Origin: Octopus vulgaris
Taxonomy: Eukaryota
Assembly: GCA_951406725.2 (NCBI GenBank)
Contig: OX597838.1
Span: 27,218,001 to 27,282,000 of the forward strand
Reading direction: 5' to 3'
Length of the DNA stretch: 64,000 nt
Shown here: piece after piece, positions 13,186-26,872 of the stretch
How positions within the stretch are numbered: position 1 is the stretch's first letter
Layout of the letters: each line of letters begins with the position of its first letter
The notes under the pieces: model-generated
The model's database searches: none
Seen by the model: the letters and a program-made list of their open reading frames with translations, nothing else
What the model was told of the DNA's origin: nothing
Program-made: the position numbers and the translations under genes

Positions 13186-14169
13186 GATTATTCTGTCAAA
13201 TGTAATGCTTATTTATTTGTATTTCTTTGTATTATCATGTAGCTTTGAGATTTCAGTGATCTGATTGCTTATTTTTACAATGACATTGTAAGGTAAGTGT
13301 GAAAGGCCAAATGTGGCCAGTCTGAACATGAAAGAGGTAGAATATTTTGGGTTGGATATTCAGGTTCCTCTCTCAAATGCAATGCTTACTTATTCACATT
13401 GCTTTGAATTAATCATGCATTATCTTGTAGGTTTGAGATTTCAGTGATGTGATTATATATTTTTAAAATGACATTGTAGAGCAGGTGTGAGAGGTTAGAT
13501 CTGGCTGCTTTGAACTATTCTGTCCGTCTCTTTTGCTGGACTGCCGAGTTATGGGGATGGAAACACACCAACAACCAGTTGTGAAGCATTGATGGAGGGA
13601 CAAATAGACACATAAACATACATACTTAGATATATGCATACACACACACACACACACACACATGTATATATATACATGCAGAGGGCTTCTTTCAGTTTCC
13701 ATCTACTAAATACACTCACAAGGCTTTGGTTGGCCTGAGGCTATAGTAGAACACATCTGGTCAAGGTGCCACACAGCGGGGCTGAACCCAGAATCATGTG
13801 GCTGAGAAGCAAGCTTCTTACCACACAACCACTCTTGCATTATATATGTATATGTAATAATTCTTTATACTATAGGCACATGTCCTGAGGTTTTTATGAG
13901 AGGAGGATAGGCAATTGCACCAACCCCAGGGTCCATCTAGTGTTTATTTTATTGACCTGGAAAGGTTTTGGTAATAAGGTTATAGGAAAGAAATGAAGGA
14001 ATTGTTCTTTTGTCTATATACAGGTACAAAAAGTCTTCTGATTTTTCCAAGGAGATAAAATAGAACAGGTAGAATATTTATGTTATAACATTTAAGAATT
14101 ATTCATCCATCACTTGAGAATGTCTGTATCTTGAGAGGCACAGGCATTCTCAATTGCTAGAGAAAAGAT

Positions 14170-14428
14170 TCTGAAATGTGTGTATGTGTGTGGCTGTTGC
14201 CAGTGTTGTGTAAATGGTACCTGCGAAATTGTAGTTGTTGCTGGTGACATGTAAGTGGTATGTAAAAAGCACCCACTACACTCTGTAGAGTGATTGGCAT
14301 TAGGAAGGGCATCCAACCATAGAAATCTTGCCAAATCATACTGGAACCTGGTGCAGCTCTCTAGTTTACCAGTTCCAGTGAAACTATTTAACCCATGCTG
14401 GCATGGAAAGTGGACGTTAAACGATGAT
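14170..14428 (+). mobile_element. Family C RTE-type 3' end
   Basis: GTAAAAAGCACCCACTACACTC...GGCATTAGGAAGGGCATCC...AACCCATGCTGGCATGGAAAGTGGACGTTAAACGATGAT. Confidence 0.8.
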
Positions 14429-14476
14429 AATATATTTATGTATATATGTTGAAAATGATCTCCCTCCAGTACTTCT

Positions 14477-14554
14477 TCTGCTAATTAGGTCACCTAGGTA
14501 ACAAAAGCTATCGGCTATTTCTTGGGTGCTTTCTGAGCATTTGAAAGAATTCAT
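14477..14554 (-). pseudogene. Short RTE LINE RT fragment
   Basis: Translates NSFKCSESTQEIADSFCYLGDLIS, homologous to DSLKC..SLEVVDSFC.LG in the 9011-9408 fragment. Confidence 0.7.
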
Positions 14555-15586
14555 GTACATGCACACACACACACACACACACACACACAATGACTGGCTT
14601 CTGCACAGTTTCCATCTACCAATTTCCAAATTCAGTTCTCAGGATATTTTTGATGAAGCCCAGGCTTTGGTAGATATTGTTTACACAATGTTTTGCATTG
14701 AACCCAGAACCACATGGTAGCGAAACAAGTTTCCTTAATGACACAACCACACAACCGTGCTGCTCCTCGTCATTATATAATACTACTCTTGGCGTGTTCA
14801 TTTACAAAATTGCCCCATTAACCGAGTTTGTATCATGTTTCACAAAGATATGTCAAACGGTTTAGAGCATTTAGAGCATCGTTCACTTCACACCCCAACC
14901 AACATGGTATGTCCATCCCATTATGTTTATTGAACTGCATACAACTTCCTCACTTTCTCACAGTATACTGCTGCACTGTTTAACAGGGCCAATTGACACA
15001 CCTCTCGCAAACATAAATACATGCTTTGTTTGACCTGTCATCATTTATCGCCAAGCTGAACCTCGGACTTACAATGAAAGGCATTCTGGCCATGAGGGCC
15101 ATCCTGTCTAACATTTTCTTTCTTTATTTAACTGTTTTGTCACCATATTTCCATTTGAATGCAGACTCTCTATTAATTTTGAAAATAATGGGGTCAGCAG
15201 AATAACTTTGACTTTATTGACCCCTTTAGCATTTGGATTATTCTGTCTAACATAATACTTATTTTTTGCATGGTTTTGAATTACTCATGCATTATCTTGT
15301 AGCTTTGGGATTTTGTGATGTAATTGTTTATTTTTTAGAATAACATTGTAGGTAGGTGTGAGAGGCTGAATATGAGCAGGTTGAATATTTGGGCTTGATA
15401 TGGCTGGTTTAACCCTTTAGCATTTAAACCGGCCATATCCGGCCAAAAGTATTCTGCTTGTTCTATGGTCAAACCGGCCAGATCTGGTCTCTCACACCAA
15501 CCCTATAATATCGTTTTAAAAATTAGCAGCTACCTCATCAAAATCTCATAGCTACAAGATAATTCATATATATATATATATACTAG

Positions 15587-15818
15587 GGTGGTGAGCTGGC
15601 AGAATTGTTAGCACGCTGGGCAAAATGCTTAGCAGTATTTCGTCTGCCGTTATGTTCTTGAATTCAAATTCTGCCAAGGCTGACTTTGCCTTTCATCCTT
15701 TCAAGGTTGATTAAATATGTACCAGTTACACACTGGGGTCGATGTAATCGACTTAATCCCTTTGTCTGTCCTTGTTTGTCCCCTCTATGTTTAGCCCCCT
15801 GTGGGCAATAAAGAAATA
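15587..15818 (+). mobile_element. SINE family A
   Basis: Matches the other A copies over its full length. Confidence 0.88.
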
Positions 15819-15834
15819 AATATACATACATATC

Positions 15835-16215
15835 TTTTATCTTTTACTTGTTTCAGTCATTTGACTGCTGCCATGCTGGAGCACCGCTTTTAGTCGAGCA
15901 AATCGACCCCGGGACTTATTCTTTGTAAGCCCAGTACTTATTCTATAGGTCTCTTTTTGCCGAACCGCTAAGTGACGGGGATGTAAACACACCAGCATTG
16001 GTTGTCAAGCAATACTAGGGGGACAAACACAGACACACAAACACACACGCATACATACATATATATATATACATATATACGACAGGCTTCTTTCAGTTTC
16101 CGTCTACCAAATCCACTCACAAGGCATTGGTCAGCCCGGGGCTATAGCAGAAGACACTTGCCCGGAACCATGTAGTTGGTTAGCAAGCTACTTACCACAC
16201 AGCCACTCCTGCGCC
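15835..16215 (-). mobile_element. SINE family B with an internal deletion removing the B-box region
   Basis: Reverse complement of an intact B copy; the junction CTTGCCC|GGAACCATG lacks the AAGGTGCCACGCAGTGGGACTGAACCC present at 59725-59751. Confidence 0.88.
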
Positions 16216-16720
16216 TATTTATATATTTATATATACTGTGAATATTTTTGTGATGAATTTTCATCTCAGAAATCTGGGTCTCTGCCACCTGCTACTCGTT
16301 ATATATTTGGCTTTGTTTATCAGTGAGGCTAATTTCCTGTAAGAACCCTAAGTTTATGAGGTAGGTTAGACTTAAGAGTGCCTATAAAATTCCGTGGTCC
16401 TGTGTAGCAGTGGCATTCGCTGTCACAAGTCTGCAGGTGATTCACTGACATCTTTATTTACATCCATAGTCACTTCAGTCAAGATTCACCCTCTTCCCCA
16501 CCCTGAAACTCTGACACTATCTTATCTCTCCGACTTAACAACCACAGGTGGTGGTTATAGTCCTCGATGTGACTGTGTGGTACGAAGTTTGCTCCTCAAC
16601 TACATGGCTTCAGGTTCAGTCCTGTCTTCTGCTATAGTCCTGAGTCAACCAAAGCTTTGTGAGTCGATTTGGTAGATGGAAACTGAAAGAAGCTCAAGAA
16701 GCTCATCATGTGTGTATGTG

Positions 16721-16758
<38 letters not shown>

Positions 16759-17575
16759 TGGAGGCATGCCTGTGTGGTTCTGGGTTCAGTCCTACTATGT
16801 GGCACCTTGGGCAAATGTTTTCTAGTATAGCCTGAGGCCGACCGAAGCCTTGTGAGTGAATTTGGGAGATGAAAACTGAAAGAAGCCTGTTGTGTCTATA
16901 TATATATATATATGTATATATTTACTTGTGTGTGTCTTTCTGTCTTTGCCCTGCTATCACCACTTGACAATTAGTGTTGGTGTGTTTATGTCCCTGTATC
17001 TTAGCTGTTCAGCAAAATAATTACTTGGTTTAAAAAAAAATAAGTCCTGGGTTTGATTTGTTCGACTAAAAACCCTTCGAGGCAGTGCTCCAGCATGACC
17101 GCAGTCAAATGACCGAAACAAGTAAAAGAATATATATACATATATATACATATATGTGTGTGTGTGTTTGTGTATTACTGTCTCTTTGCCATGACATCTT
17201 GTGATAGTTGTGTCACTGTCATGCCACTGGCGTTCTTCGTTTCCAATCTCCCGTGCAAACGTATCTGGTTAGGAGGGGGAATTATTACCTTACCCAGAAA
17301 CAGGTGAGGGTTGGTGACCGTAAGGGCGTCCAGCTGTAGGAAAATCTAACTCAACAAATTTTTATTCGACCCATGTAAGCATAGAGAATTGGACATTAAA
17401 AACGATGATGATAATGATATATAAGAAACAAGGTGCTCTGAAGCAATAAGCTATATTATTTTGTTCCCAGCTGAGTTCGAAGGTTATTAGGTACAAAGTG
17501 TGGGTGATAATTTTCAAAAGACTCCATTACTTATTTATCTATCATCTCTCTCTCTCCCTTTCTCTCTCTCATATT

Positions 17576-17579
<4 letters not shown>

Positions 17580-17669
<90 letters not shown>

Positions 17670-17774
17670 GTATGTATATATATGTATGTATGTATATATA
17701 TGTATGTATGTATATATATGTATGTATGTATATATATGTATGTATGTATATATATGTATGTATGTATATATATG

Positions 17775-17845
<71 letters not shown>

Positions 17846-17860
17846 GTATATATATGTATG

Positions 17861-17941
<81 letters not shown>

Positions 17942-18010
17942 GTATATATATGTATGTATGTATGTATATATATGTATGTATGTATATATATGTATGTATG
18001 TATATATATG

Positions 18011-18049
<39 letters not shown>

Positions 18050-18158
18050 GTATGTATATGTATGTATGTATATGTATGTATGTATATGTATGTATGTATG
18101 TATATGTATGTATGTATGTATATGTATGTATATATGTATGTATATATATATATACATG

Positions 18159-18198
<40 letters not shown>

Positions 18199-18276
18199 TG
18201 TATGTATATATATATATATATGTATGTATATATATATATATATATATGTATGTATATATATGTATATATATATATA
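17580..18276. repeat. ~700-bp (TATG)n/(TA)n compound microsatellite
   Basis: Directly visible. Confidence 0.97.
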
Positions 18277-18658
18277 ATTTCACAGTTTTCTTGAGTTTTT
18301 GAGACTATCTTCTTGTTCAGTTTATTTGTTTTTTTTTTGTTTTTACTATTTCTTTATCTTCTCGACATTAACTTGATAAAAGGTGAACGCATTTCACCAG
18401 AGGTGAATCTCATTTCATAGCGGCAGCCAACGTTGATAAGTCATCGTTTGTTGTTAACAGTGAGTTTGTTTGTTTTTAGATTGCTCACAACTTAGTCAAA
18501 AGAGGAAGGACAGTAGACTCGACCTTATTGTAGGGCTACAGAGACTTAGGGAAGAGGAGAAAGAAGGAAAGAAACAGCTCTGTATTGGTTTCTGCAGTTG
18601 GGTGCAGCACATTAGGACAGTGCACTATTCTCAAACAGTGGTTCTCAACTTGAACGGT

Positions 18659-19033
18659 AGCAGGAGTGGCTGTGTGGGAAGTAGCTTGCTTACCAACCAC
18701 GTGGTTCCGGGTTCAGTCCCACTGCGTGGCACCTTGGGCAAGTGTCTTCTACTATAGCCTCGGGCCGACCAAAGCCTTGTGAGTGGATTTGGTAGACGGA
18801 AACTGAAAGAAGCCTGTCGTATATATATATATGTGTGTTTGTGTTTGTCCCCCTAGTATTGCTTGACAACCGATGCGGGTGTGTTTATGTCCCCCGTTAC
18901 TTAGCGGTTCGGCAAAAGAGACCGATAGAATAAGTACTGGGCTTACAAAGAATAAGTCCCGGGGTTGAGTTGCTCGACTAAAGGCGGTGCTCCAGCATGG
19001 CCGCAGTCAAATGACTGAAACAAGTAAAAGAGA
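18659..19033 (+). mobile_element. SINE family B, near intact
   Basis: A box AGTGGCTGTGTGG, B box GGTTCAGTCCC, CCTTGGGCAAGTGTCTT core, internal (TA)/(TG) tract, tail GGCGGTGCTCCAGCATGGCCGCAGTCAAATGACTGAAACAAGTAAAAGAG. Confidence 0.92.
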
Positions 19034-19267
19034 GTAATCCCTTTGCAGGATGTTGTCAGCTCTTGTTATCAACATCATCATCATCATCGTTGGTTAACTT
19101 CCACTTTTCCATGCTTAACGTGAGTCAGGCAGAATTTGTGGAGGCAATTTTGCTACGGCTGGGTGCCATTCCTGTTGCCAACCCACACTTTGTTTCCGAA
19201 TAAAGTAATATTCCCCCAAGTCCAGACATGTTTTCAGGGAAGACTGGAAGCAAACAACATTGCTTGT

Positions 19268-19303
<36 letters not shown>

Positions 19304-19903
19304 CTTGTTTACAATCAGTGAATGATGTCAAAATAAAAGTCTACACACACACACACACACACACGCTTTTATTCCTTTACTTGTTTCAGTCATTTGACTG
19401 TGGCGATGCTGGAGCACCGCCTTTCGTTGAGCAAATCGACCCTAGGACTTATTCTTTGTAAAGAGTATAATATAATATATATAATGTATGAATGTGTACC
19501 AATTTTCTCATTTGCATATCCTGAGGTCTGCTTGCTTCTTCCCTAGTTTTGCATGTGCAGTTGCTCTCTGCATACCACTAGGCGCATACCACTTAGCATC
19601 TAGAATCTTCTACTGAGTAACACCTACCAGTGCTTATTTTTTTTTTTTGCACAACCCCCTCTCTCACCCCCATCTATTAAACTGGTGATAAATGTAAACA
19701 TTATATATAACTGACAGGTGTGAACTCTGCTGAGAAAAAAGGGGGAAAAAAATTCAGGTGTTTGATGGAAGCCTGATAAGTTGGTATTCTGTTATACGTG
19801 AAGGCAGCTTTTCTGTTTTTATATAACACACACACACATGTTTGTATGTATATATGTATGCATGTATAATACACAAACACACATATGTTTGTATGTATGT
19901 ATA

Positions 19904-19954
<51 letters not shown>

Positions 19955-20106
19955 GTTGTCATCTTCTTACATTTGCATGTACATTTACCTGATTACTTTG
20001 CTTCTCTTTGTCTTACAGATGCATGTTTACCTTACCTATCTGCGTTTTTCTGTCTGTCTGTTTGTCTCTCACCTGTGTATAATGTATCTGTCTACCTGTC
20101 TCTTTC

Positions 20107-20590
<484 letters not shown>

Positions 20591-20902
20591 GTGTGTCTTT
20601 CTTTCCATAATTTTACATTTAGTAGTCAATCTAGTTTCCGCCTGAAACACATGTGATGATGATGATGATGATGAAGTTGTAGGTCATGTAACTTAAGCTA
20701 CTTTTTTTTTTTCCAATTTATTCCCCCCACTCCCTTCCCTTCTCCTATGACATCATCGTTGTCACCGCCACCGCCACCACCATCACCACCACCTCCATTT
20801 AGATCTCTGCAAGTTCCACGAATTGTATCAATGAAACAAATTTTCAAGTACATCTTGAATGATTTCATTGATTCTGTCTTTTCTTTTTTTTTCGTTTCTT
20901 TT

Positions 20903-20933
<31 letters not shown>

Positions 20934-21420
20934 TTTTTTGGTTTTGTGTTATAATTCTTGGATAGATAGCGCTGTTAGTGATCCTGCACCCCCCCCCCCC
21001 CCACCTTTCAGTTAAATGCAGAAATTTTTTTTATCTTGTTTAGAACTATAAAATAATCTGTGCTAAAGCATTTTAGTTTAAATATGTCACTGCCAGCGCA
21101 CATTCAACATTAACATTGCAGGTCAACAATAGACACACTATGTGGTTGCTTGACTTACTAGAAATAAGTGAAATATTCCTCATTGTTACACCTTTCTTCC
21201 CATATTCTCTGCCCACTATTTCTGGGAGGGGGTCATTGGAGTAGAGTCCTTGGGCACCTCCTTTATAAGGCTGTATCAGTAGTAACCGGCATAACACATT
21301 TTTGCTAGATTCCTAAATGAGACTTTCAGAAGCTATGATTATTCAACTATTCTTCATTCTCTGAGCCCTTTTTTGTTATATGCCTATATCACTTCTTCTC
21401 TGTTGGTATTTTATAATACT

Positions 21421-21649
21421 TATTTCTTTACTACCCACAAGGGGTTAAACACAGAGAGGACAAACAAGGACAGACAAATGGATTAAGTCGATTATATCGA
21501 CCCCAGTACATAACTGGTACTTATTTAATCGACCCCCAAAAGGTTGAAGGGTAAAGTCGACCTCGGCAGAATTTGAACTCAGAACGTAGTGGCAGACGAA
21601 ATACGGCTACGCATTTCGCCCGGCTTGCTAATGTTTCTGCCAGCTCACC
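21421..21649 (-). mobile_element. SINE family A with TSD
   Basis: Reverse complement of family A; 19-bp TSD GTTGGTATTTTATAATACT at 21402-21420 and 21650-21668. Confidence 0.9.
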
Positions 21650-21683
21650 GTTGGTATTTTATAATACTGGTATAGTATCCAGT

Positions 21684-21997
21684 GTGAAGGTGCATAGTTT
21701 AGTGGTTACGGTATTTGGTTCACGATCATAAGGGTCATGAGTTCGATTTCCAATGGCCTGTTGTGCCCTGGAGCAAAACATTTTATTTCTCGTTGCTCCA
21801 GCTGACAAAAATGATTTGTACCTGTAATTCAAAGGGTCAGCCTTGTCATTCTGTGTCAACGTTGAATCTCCCTGAGAACGACTTTGAGGGTGCATGAGTT
21901 TGTGGAGTGCCCAGCCACCTGCATGTAATTTCCACAAGCAGGCTGTTCCGTTGATTGGATCGACTGGAACACTCTGTCATAACTGACCAAGTGCCAT
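21684..21997 (+). mobile_element. tRNA-derived SINE related to family D
   Basis: TAGTTTAGTGGTTA A box, GAGTTCGATTTCC B box, then GTGCCCTGGAGCAAAACATTTTATTTCTCGTTGCTCCAG shared with the 48236-48483 copy; different 3' half. Confidence 0.75.
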
Positions 21998-22149
21998 GAA
22001 TTATGTCCAGTGTATGTATGTATGTCCCTGTTCTGTCATGTGTGCATATATTCTTTCTTGACTGAGACTGGACAATCAGTGCCAACAGGATTAATTTAAG
22101 TAAATATCATAAGACATTACAGGAGGTTTTCACTCATCCATTTTCTCTG

Positions 22150-22530
22150 CCTTTGGAGAGCTCTGGGAGTAGAGTCCTCAACACTTCCCCCATTGGGTCC
22201 TAATCAGAAGCAACTGTTGTTGCGTTTCCTTGATGGATTCCCAAGCATGACCAACCAACTGAAACAATGGCTATTATCCAACTATCTCGTTGTTGGTCTA
22301 CTCCTAGGTCTCCTGCCAGTTGGCTCAGTTTGAAGAATCTATAGTATCAGTGGTGTGATTTCTCAATGCAGTTAAGTAGTGGTTTGACCATGATCTCTGA
22401 GTTATGCACCCTGTCAAGTAACATTACCCTAAAGACTATTCAGAGGGGCCCCATTTTGGCTAGTTGTATTCACACTCATACTCTTTTGGTTATTGCCCAA
22501 CATTCGTGATCATAGGCAAGGACAGGCATG
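22150..22530 (-). pseudogene. Decayed RTE (BovB/Expander-like) LINE C-terminal fragment
   Basis: Minus strand reads MPVLAYDHECWAITKRV*V*IQLAKMGPL*IVFRVMLLDRVHNSEI...TGRRPRSRPTTR*LD, matching the RTE motifs P.L.YG.E.W and GRRPRGRP..RW.D. Confidence 0.75.
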
Positions 22531-24822
22531 GAAATCAAAATGAAGATAGCAAGCAGTTAAGAGTTTAAAGTTCATTATAAAGGATTATTAATTCATTGTT
22601 GTTTAGCTCCAGGTCCACTCTGATCTCTTATTTTGAGGCACAATGTATCCAGGACTACATTATCTAATTTGTTCTTTTTTCTATTTTTAACTTATTTGTT
22701 ATTGTATTTCTGTTGAATTAAAGTACATTTGTTTCAATTAATTGTAAAAGAAAGAAAAAAAAAAACAAAAACAAAGAACTTAGTAAAAATAACTTTGTCA
22801 TTATCAAAAGCTTTTGTTTGAAACATAATTTAACATGAAATGAATGGTTTTAATTCAGATCACTTTAACCCTTTAGTTACCATATTTCTATTGAAATACA
22901 TTGCATTGGTTTCAATTAATTGCAAAAGTAATGAAGAATTCGGTAAAACAACTGTCATTATTAAGCTGGTGTTTGGAATAGAAATTAACATGAAATTTTG
23001 ATGATGGTTTTAATTTAGATTACTTGTGGCTTAGAACCAGGGTAACCTCAGGCTGTTTGGTTTCAAAAGGGTTAATGACTGTAAGGTGTGAGTTGAAGGA
23101 GAATTGACAAGATTTAGCAAGTCGGGTTAAGTGATTGTGTATAGAGTCCCTCATCCACTTGTGGACTTTGGCTGTTTTATGCAATAAGTAGACCCAGCGG
23201 AACTGACCGAAATAATATTCACCCTCCCCTTCTCGCCTAGTATGCTTAATAGTTGAATAGAAAGTTGAAAGGAAGTGTCGATATGAATAAATTTATATTT
23301 ATTGTTATAGGTGTAAGATATCTTCATTAACTTCCAGCAGATTAATTGCTGATGATTACTGCTCCGTTTAATTGCAGACATTTCATGAAATCAATGTTGA
23401 CAGAATTCGGTCATTACCAAACCTCTCTGTGAAGCTGCCATTGTATTTAGTTCTGGAAGTGTTTTGGACACTTTCAAAGAAATAATTCATTTAGTGGCGC
23501 TGTGTGCATAATTGAAGTATCCGAATTCCAGGTAGTATTTGCATAGGCATCTGGTGAAGTTTAACGGAACATTAACAGCATTAAGTGCAATGGTGTCGGA
23601 GTGCCTGACAAGGTCATGGGGACTGCTTCCTTCCTCTAGACTCAGCAGGTGAAAAATACTAAATAAATAAAATTTAAAAAAATTTATCATGCATGGCCGT
23701 GTAGTTAAGAAGCTTGCTTTGCAATTACATGGTTTTGGGTTCAGCTCCACTGCACAGCACCTTGGCCAAATAATGCCTTATGAATGAATTTGATAGATGG
23801 AAACAGTGGAAGCCTGTCATGTGTGTGTGTGTGTGTGTGTGTGTTTGTCCTCCTGTACTGCGTGACAGCCATTGTTAGTTTGTTTACATCCCCATAACCT
23901 AGCAGTCTGGCAAAAGAAACTGACAGGATATGTACCATATTAAAAAAAAACTAATAAGTCCTGGGGTTGGTTTGTTTAACTAAACCCTACAAGGCAGTGC
24001 CCCAGTATGGCCACAGTCCAATGAGTGAAACAAGTGAAAGACAGAAGATGCTAAAGAATTAAAGAGCAAGGCTATGACCTTCCTTGAGGGTCTGTTGTTT
24101 CACTTTAGTAGAAATATGTTTGGTTGGGGGTTAAATGTATTTCACATACACATTATTGTTCCTTTGCTCTGGACAGATCAAGCTGGCCTATGGTCAATGC
24201 ATTCCATCCATGACTGTCTCGTCTAAGTTTTACACAATGTATCCACATCTATGTCTTTATATGTCCAAGGGATCATGACATACCTATGCTTAAGTAAGGT
24301 AGGGATTTTGAAATGAATTTTGCTGCTATTTCTAACAGGTTGTGCGACCATATAGAGGCTTTCTGAGCATGTAAATTTCTAATATAAGTTATGCAAGTTA
24401 ACCTTTTAACTCCTTTGTTGCCATATTTATATTAAAATACACTGCTTTTGTTTCGATTTTGAAAATACAGAAGAGTTTAGTAAAATAATTGTTGTTATTA
24501 AGCTGGGGTGCTGTGTGGGGATTGACTTGTCAAAGAATAGACCAAACATTTCCTCTTCATATTGGAAAAAGTCACTAAAAGAGGTTTAGACAGGATCTGC
24601 TCTCTGACCTCATTAAAATCCCTCACCAGCTTCAACTACTCAAACAGACTCTTGGGTTGGAATGTTATCGCCTGAGTGGTGCAAAGGTGTCATCTCCTGA
24701 GTGGTGCAAAGGTGTCATCTGCCAGGAGTAGGGGAATCACCAACAAATGGTGAATGCAGCAACATGCTGTTACAGTGCAGGTCTCCATCATGCTGCTGCT
24801 GCTCCTAATAATAATAATAATG

Positions 24823-24855
<33 letters not shown>

Positions 24856-24856
24856 T

Positions 24857-26872
24857 GCAGTACCAAGCAGTGGCTCTCGTGGCTTCTGATCTTAACTGAT
24901 TGGAAGTGTTATCATGTACATTGTTTTGTCTTGGTATAAAAGATGGGCTACAGCAAATATTCTGCTCAATACCACAGATTTGCTTGTCAGTTGTTTGACC
25001 TTAACCAGTTGAGCATGTCCCTTAGTGGCTGACGATATGTGCATCTCTGATCACGAGCAGAAGTAGTGGGGGAGCATCATAGCCATGTGTTGAGAGGATT
25101 CTTTGGGGTTTGAATAATTCACGTCTGGAAACATGGGTGGTTCTTTCAACATCCTTAAACAACCCTTATTCAGGGACCTTTTGAGCAGGATGGGCTACTC
25201 AACCTGAAGAAATTTCTAACTGGGCCCCACCTGCAAGGTCATGTGCTGTTTATCTTGATATGAGATCACCATGTCGCGCACATATGGTTGTGATGCATGT
25301 GCCTAGTGTACCCTTATCAGACTGGTGGTCATGATGGGTAAACTGGGCTTCATATATTTTACCCATGTCACTTTGAATACATGAACTGCTCTCTCACTCA
25401 ATAATAATAATAATAATAATTCTAACTGGGCCCCACCTGCAAGGTCATGTGCTGTTTATCTTGATATGAGATCACCATGTCGCACACATATGGTTGTGAT
25501 GCATGTGCCTAGTGTACCCTTATCAGACTGGTGGTCATGATGGGTAAACTGGGCTTCATATATTTTACCCATGACACTTTGATGGCATGAACTGCTCTCT
25601 CACTCAATAATAATAATAATAATAATTCTAACTGGGCCCCACCTGCAAGGTCATGTGCTGTTTATCTTGATATGAGATCACCATGTCGCGCACATATGGT
25701 TGTGATGCATGTGCCTAGTGTACCCTTATCAGACTGGTGGTCATGATGGGTAAACTGGGCTTCATATATTTTACCCATGTCACTTTGAATACATGAACTG
25801 CTCTCTCACTCAATAATAATAATAATAATAATTCTAACTGGGCCCCACCTGCAAGGTCATGTGCTGTTTATCTTGATATGAGATCACCATGTCGCGCACA
25901 TATGGTTGTGATGCATGTGCCTAGTGTACCCTTATCAGACTGGTGGTCATGATGGGTAAACTGGGCTTCATATATTTTACCCATGTCACTTTGAATACAT
26001 GAACTGCTCTCTCACTGAACAATAATAATAATAATAATTCTAACTGGGCCCCACCTGCAAGGTCATGTGCTGTTTATCTTGATATGAGATCACCATGTCG
26101 CGCACATATGGTTGTGATGCATGTGCCTAGTGTACCCTTATCAGACTGGTGGTCATGATGGGTAAACTGGGCTTCATATATTTTACCCATGTCACTTTGA
26201 ATACATGAACTGCTCTCTCACTCAATAATAATAATAATAATAATTCTAACTGGGCCCCACCTGCAAGGTCATGTGCTGTTTATCTTGATATGAGATCACC
26301 ATGTCGCACACATATGGTTGTGATGCATGTGCCTAGTGTACCCTTATCAGACTGGTGGTCATGATGGGTAAACTGGGCTTCATATATTTTACCCATGTCA
26401 CTTTGAATACATGAACTGCTCTCTCACTCAATAATAATAATAATAATAATTCTAACTGGGCCCCACCTGCAAGGTCATGTGCTGTTTATCTTGATATGAG
26501 ATCACCATGTCGCGCACATATGGTTGTGATGCATGTGCCTGGTGTACCCTTATCAGACTGGTGGTCATGATGGGTAAACTGGGCTTCATATATTTTACCC
26601 CAGTGTCACTTTGATGGCATGAACTGCTCTCTCACTCAATAATAATAATAATAATAATTCTAACTGGGCCCCACCTGCAAGGTCATGTGCTGTTTATCTT
26701 GATATGAGATCACCATGTCGCACACGTATAGTTGTGATGCATGTGCCTAGTGTACCCTTATCAGACGGGTGGTCATGATGGGTAAACTGGGTTTCATATA
26801 TTTTACCCATGTCACTTTGATGGCATGCACTGCTCTCTCACTCAATAATAATAATAATAATAATAATAATAA
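24857..26872 (+). mobile_element. (AAT)n-tailed non-LTR element end with tandemly amplified 3' segment
   Basis: Unique ~360-bp 5' portion follows an (AAT)n tract at ~24807-24854, then 8 copies of the terminal segment, each ending CTCTCTCACT(C/G)(AAT)n. Confidence 0.7.
25214..26872. repeat. Tandem array of 8 x ~206-bp units
   Basis: Units start at TTCTAACTGGGCCCC at 25214, 25420, 25626, 25832, 26038, 26244, 26450 and 26658. Confidence 0.98.

Noticed and set aside
25214-26872. Array as a hammerhead retrozyme
   Set aside because: The closest motif is CTGATAA on the minus strand, with no 3-8 pair and no downstream stem II-GAAA.
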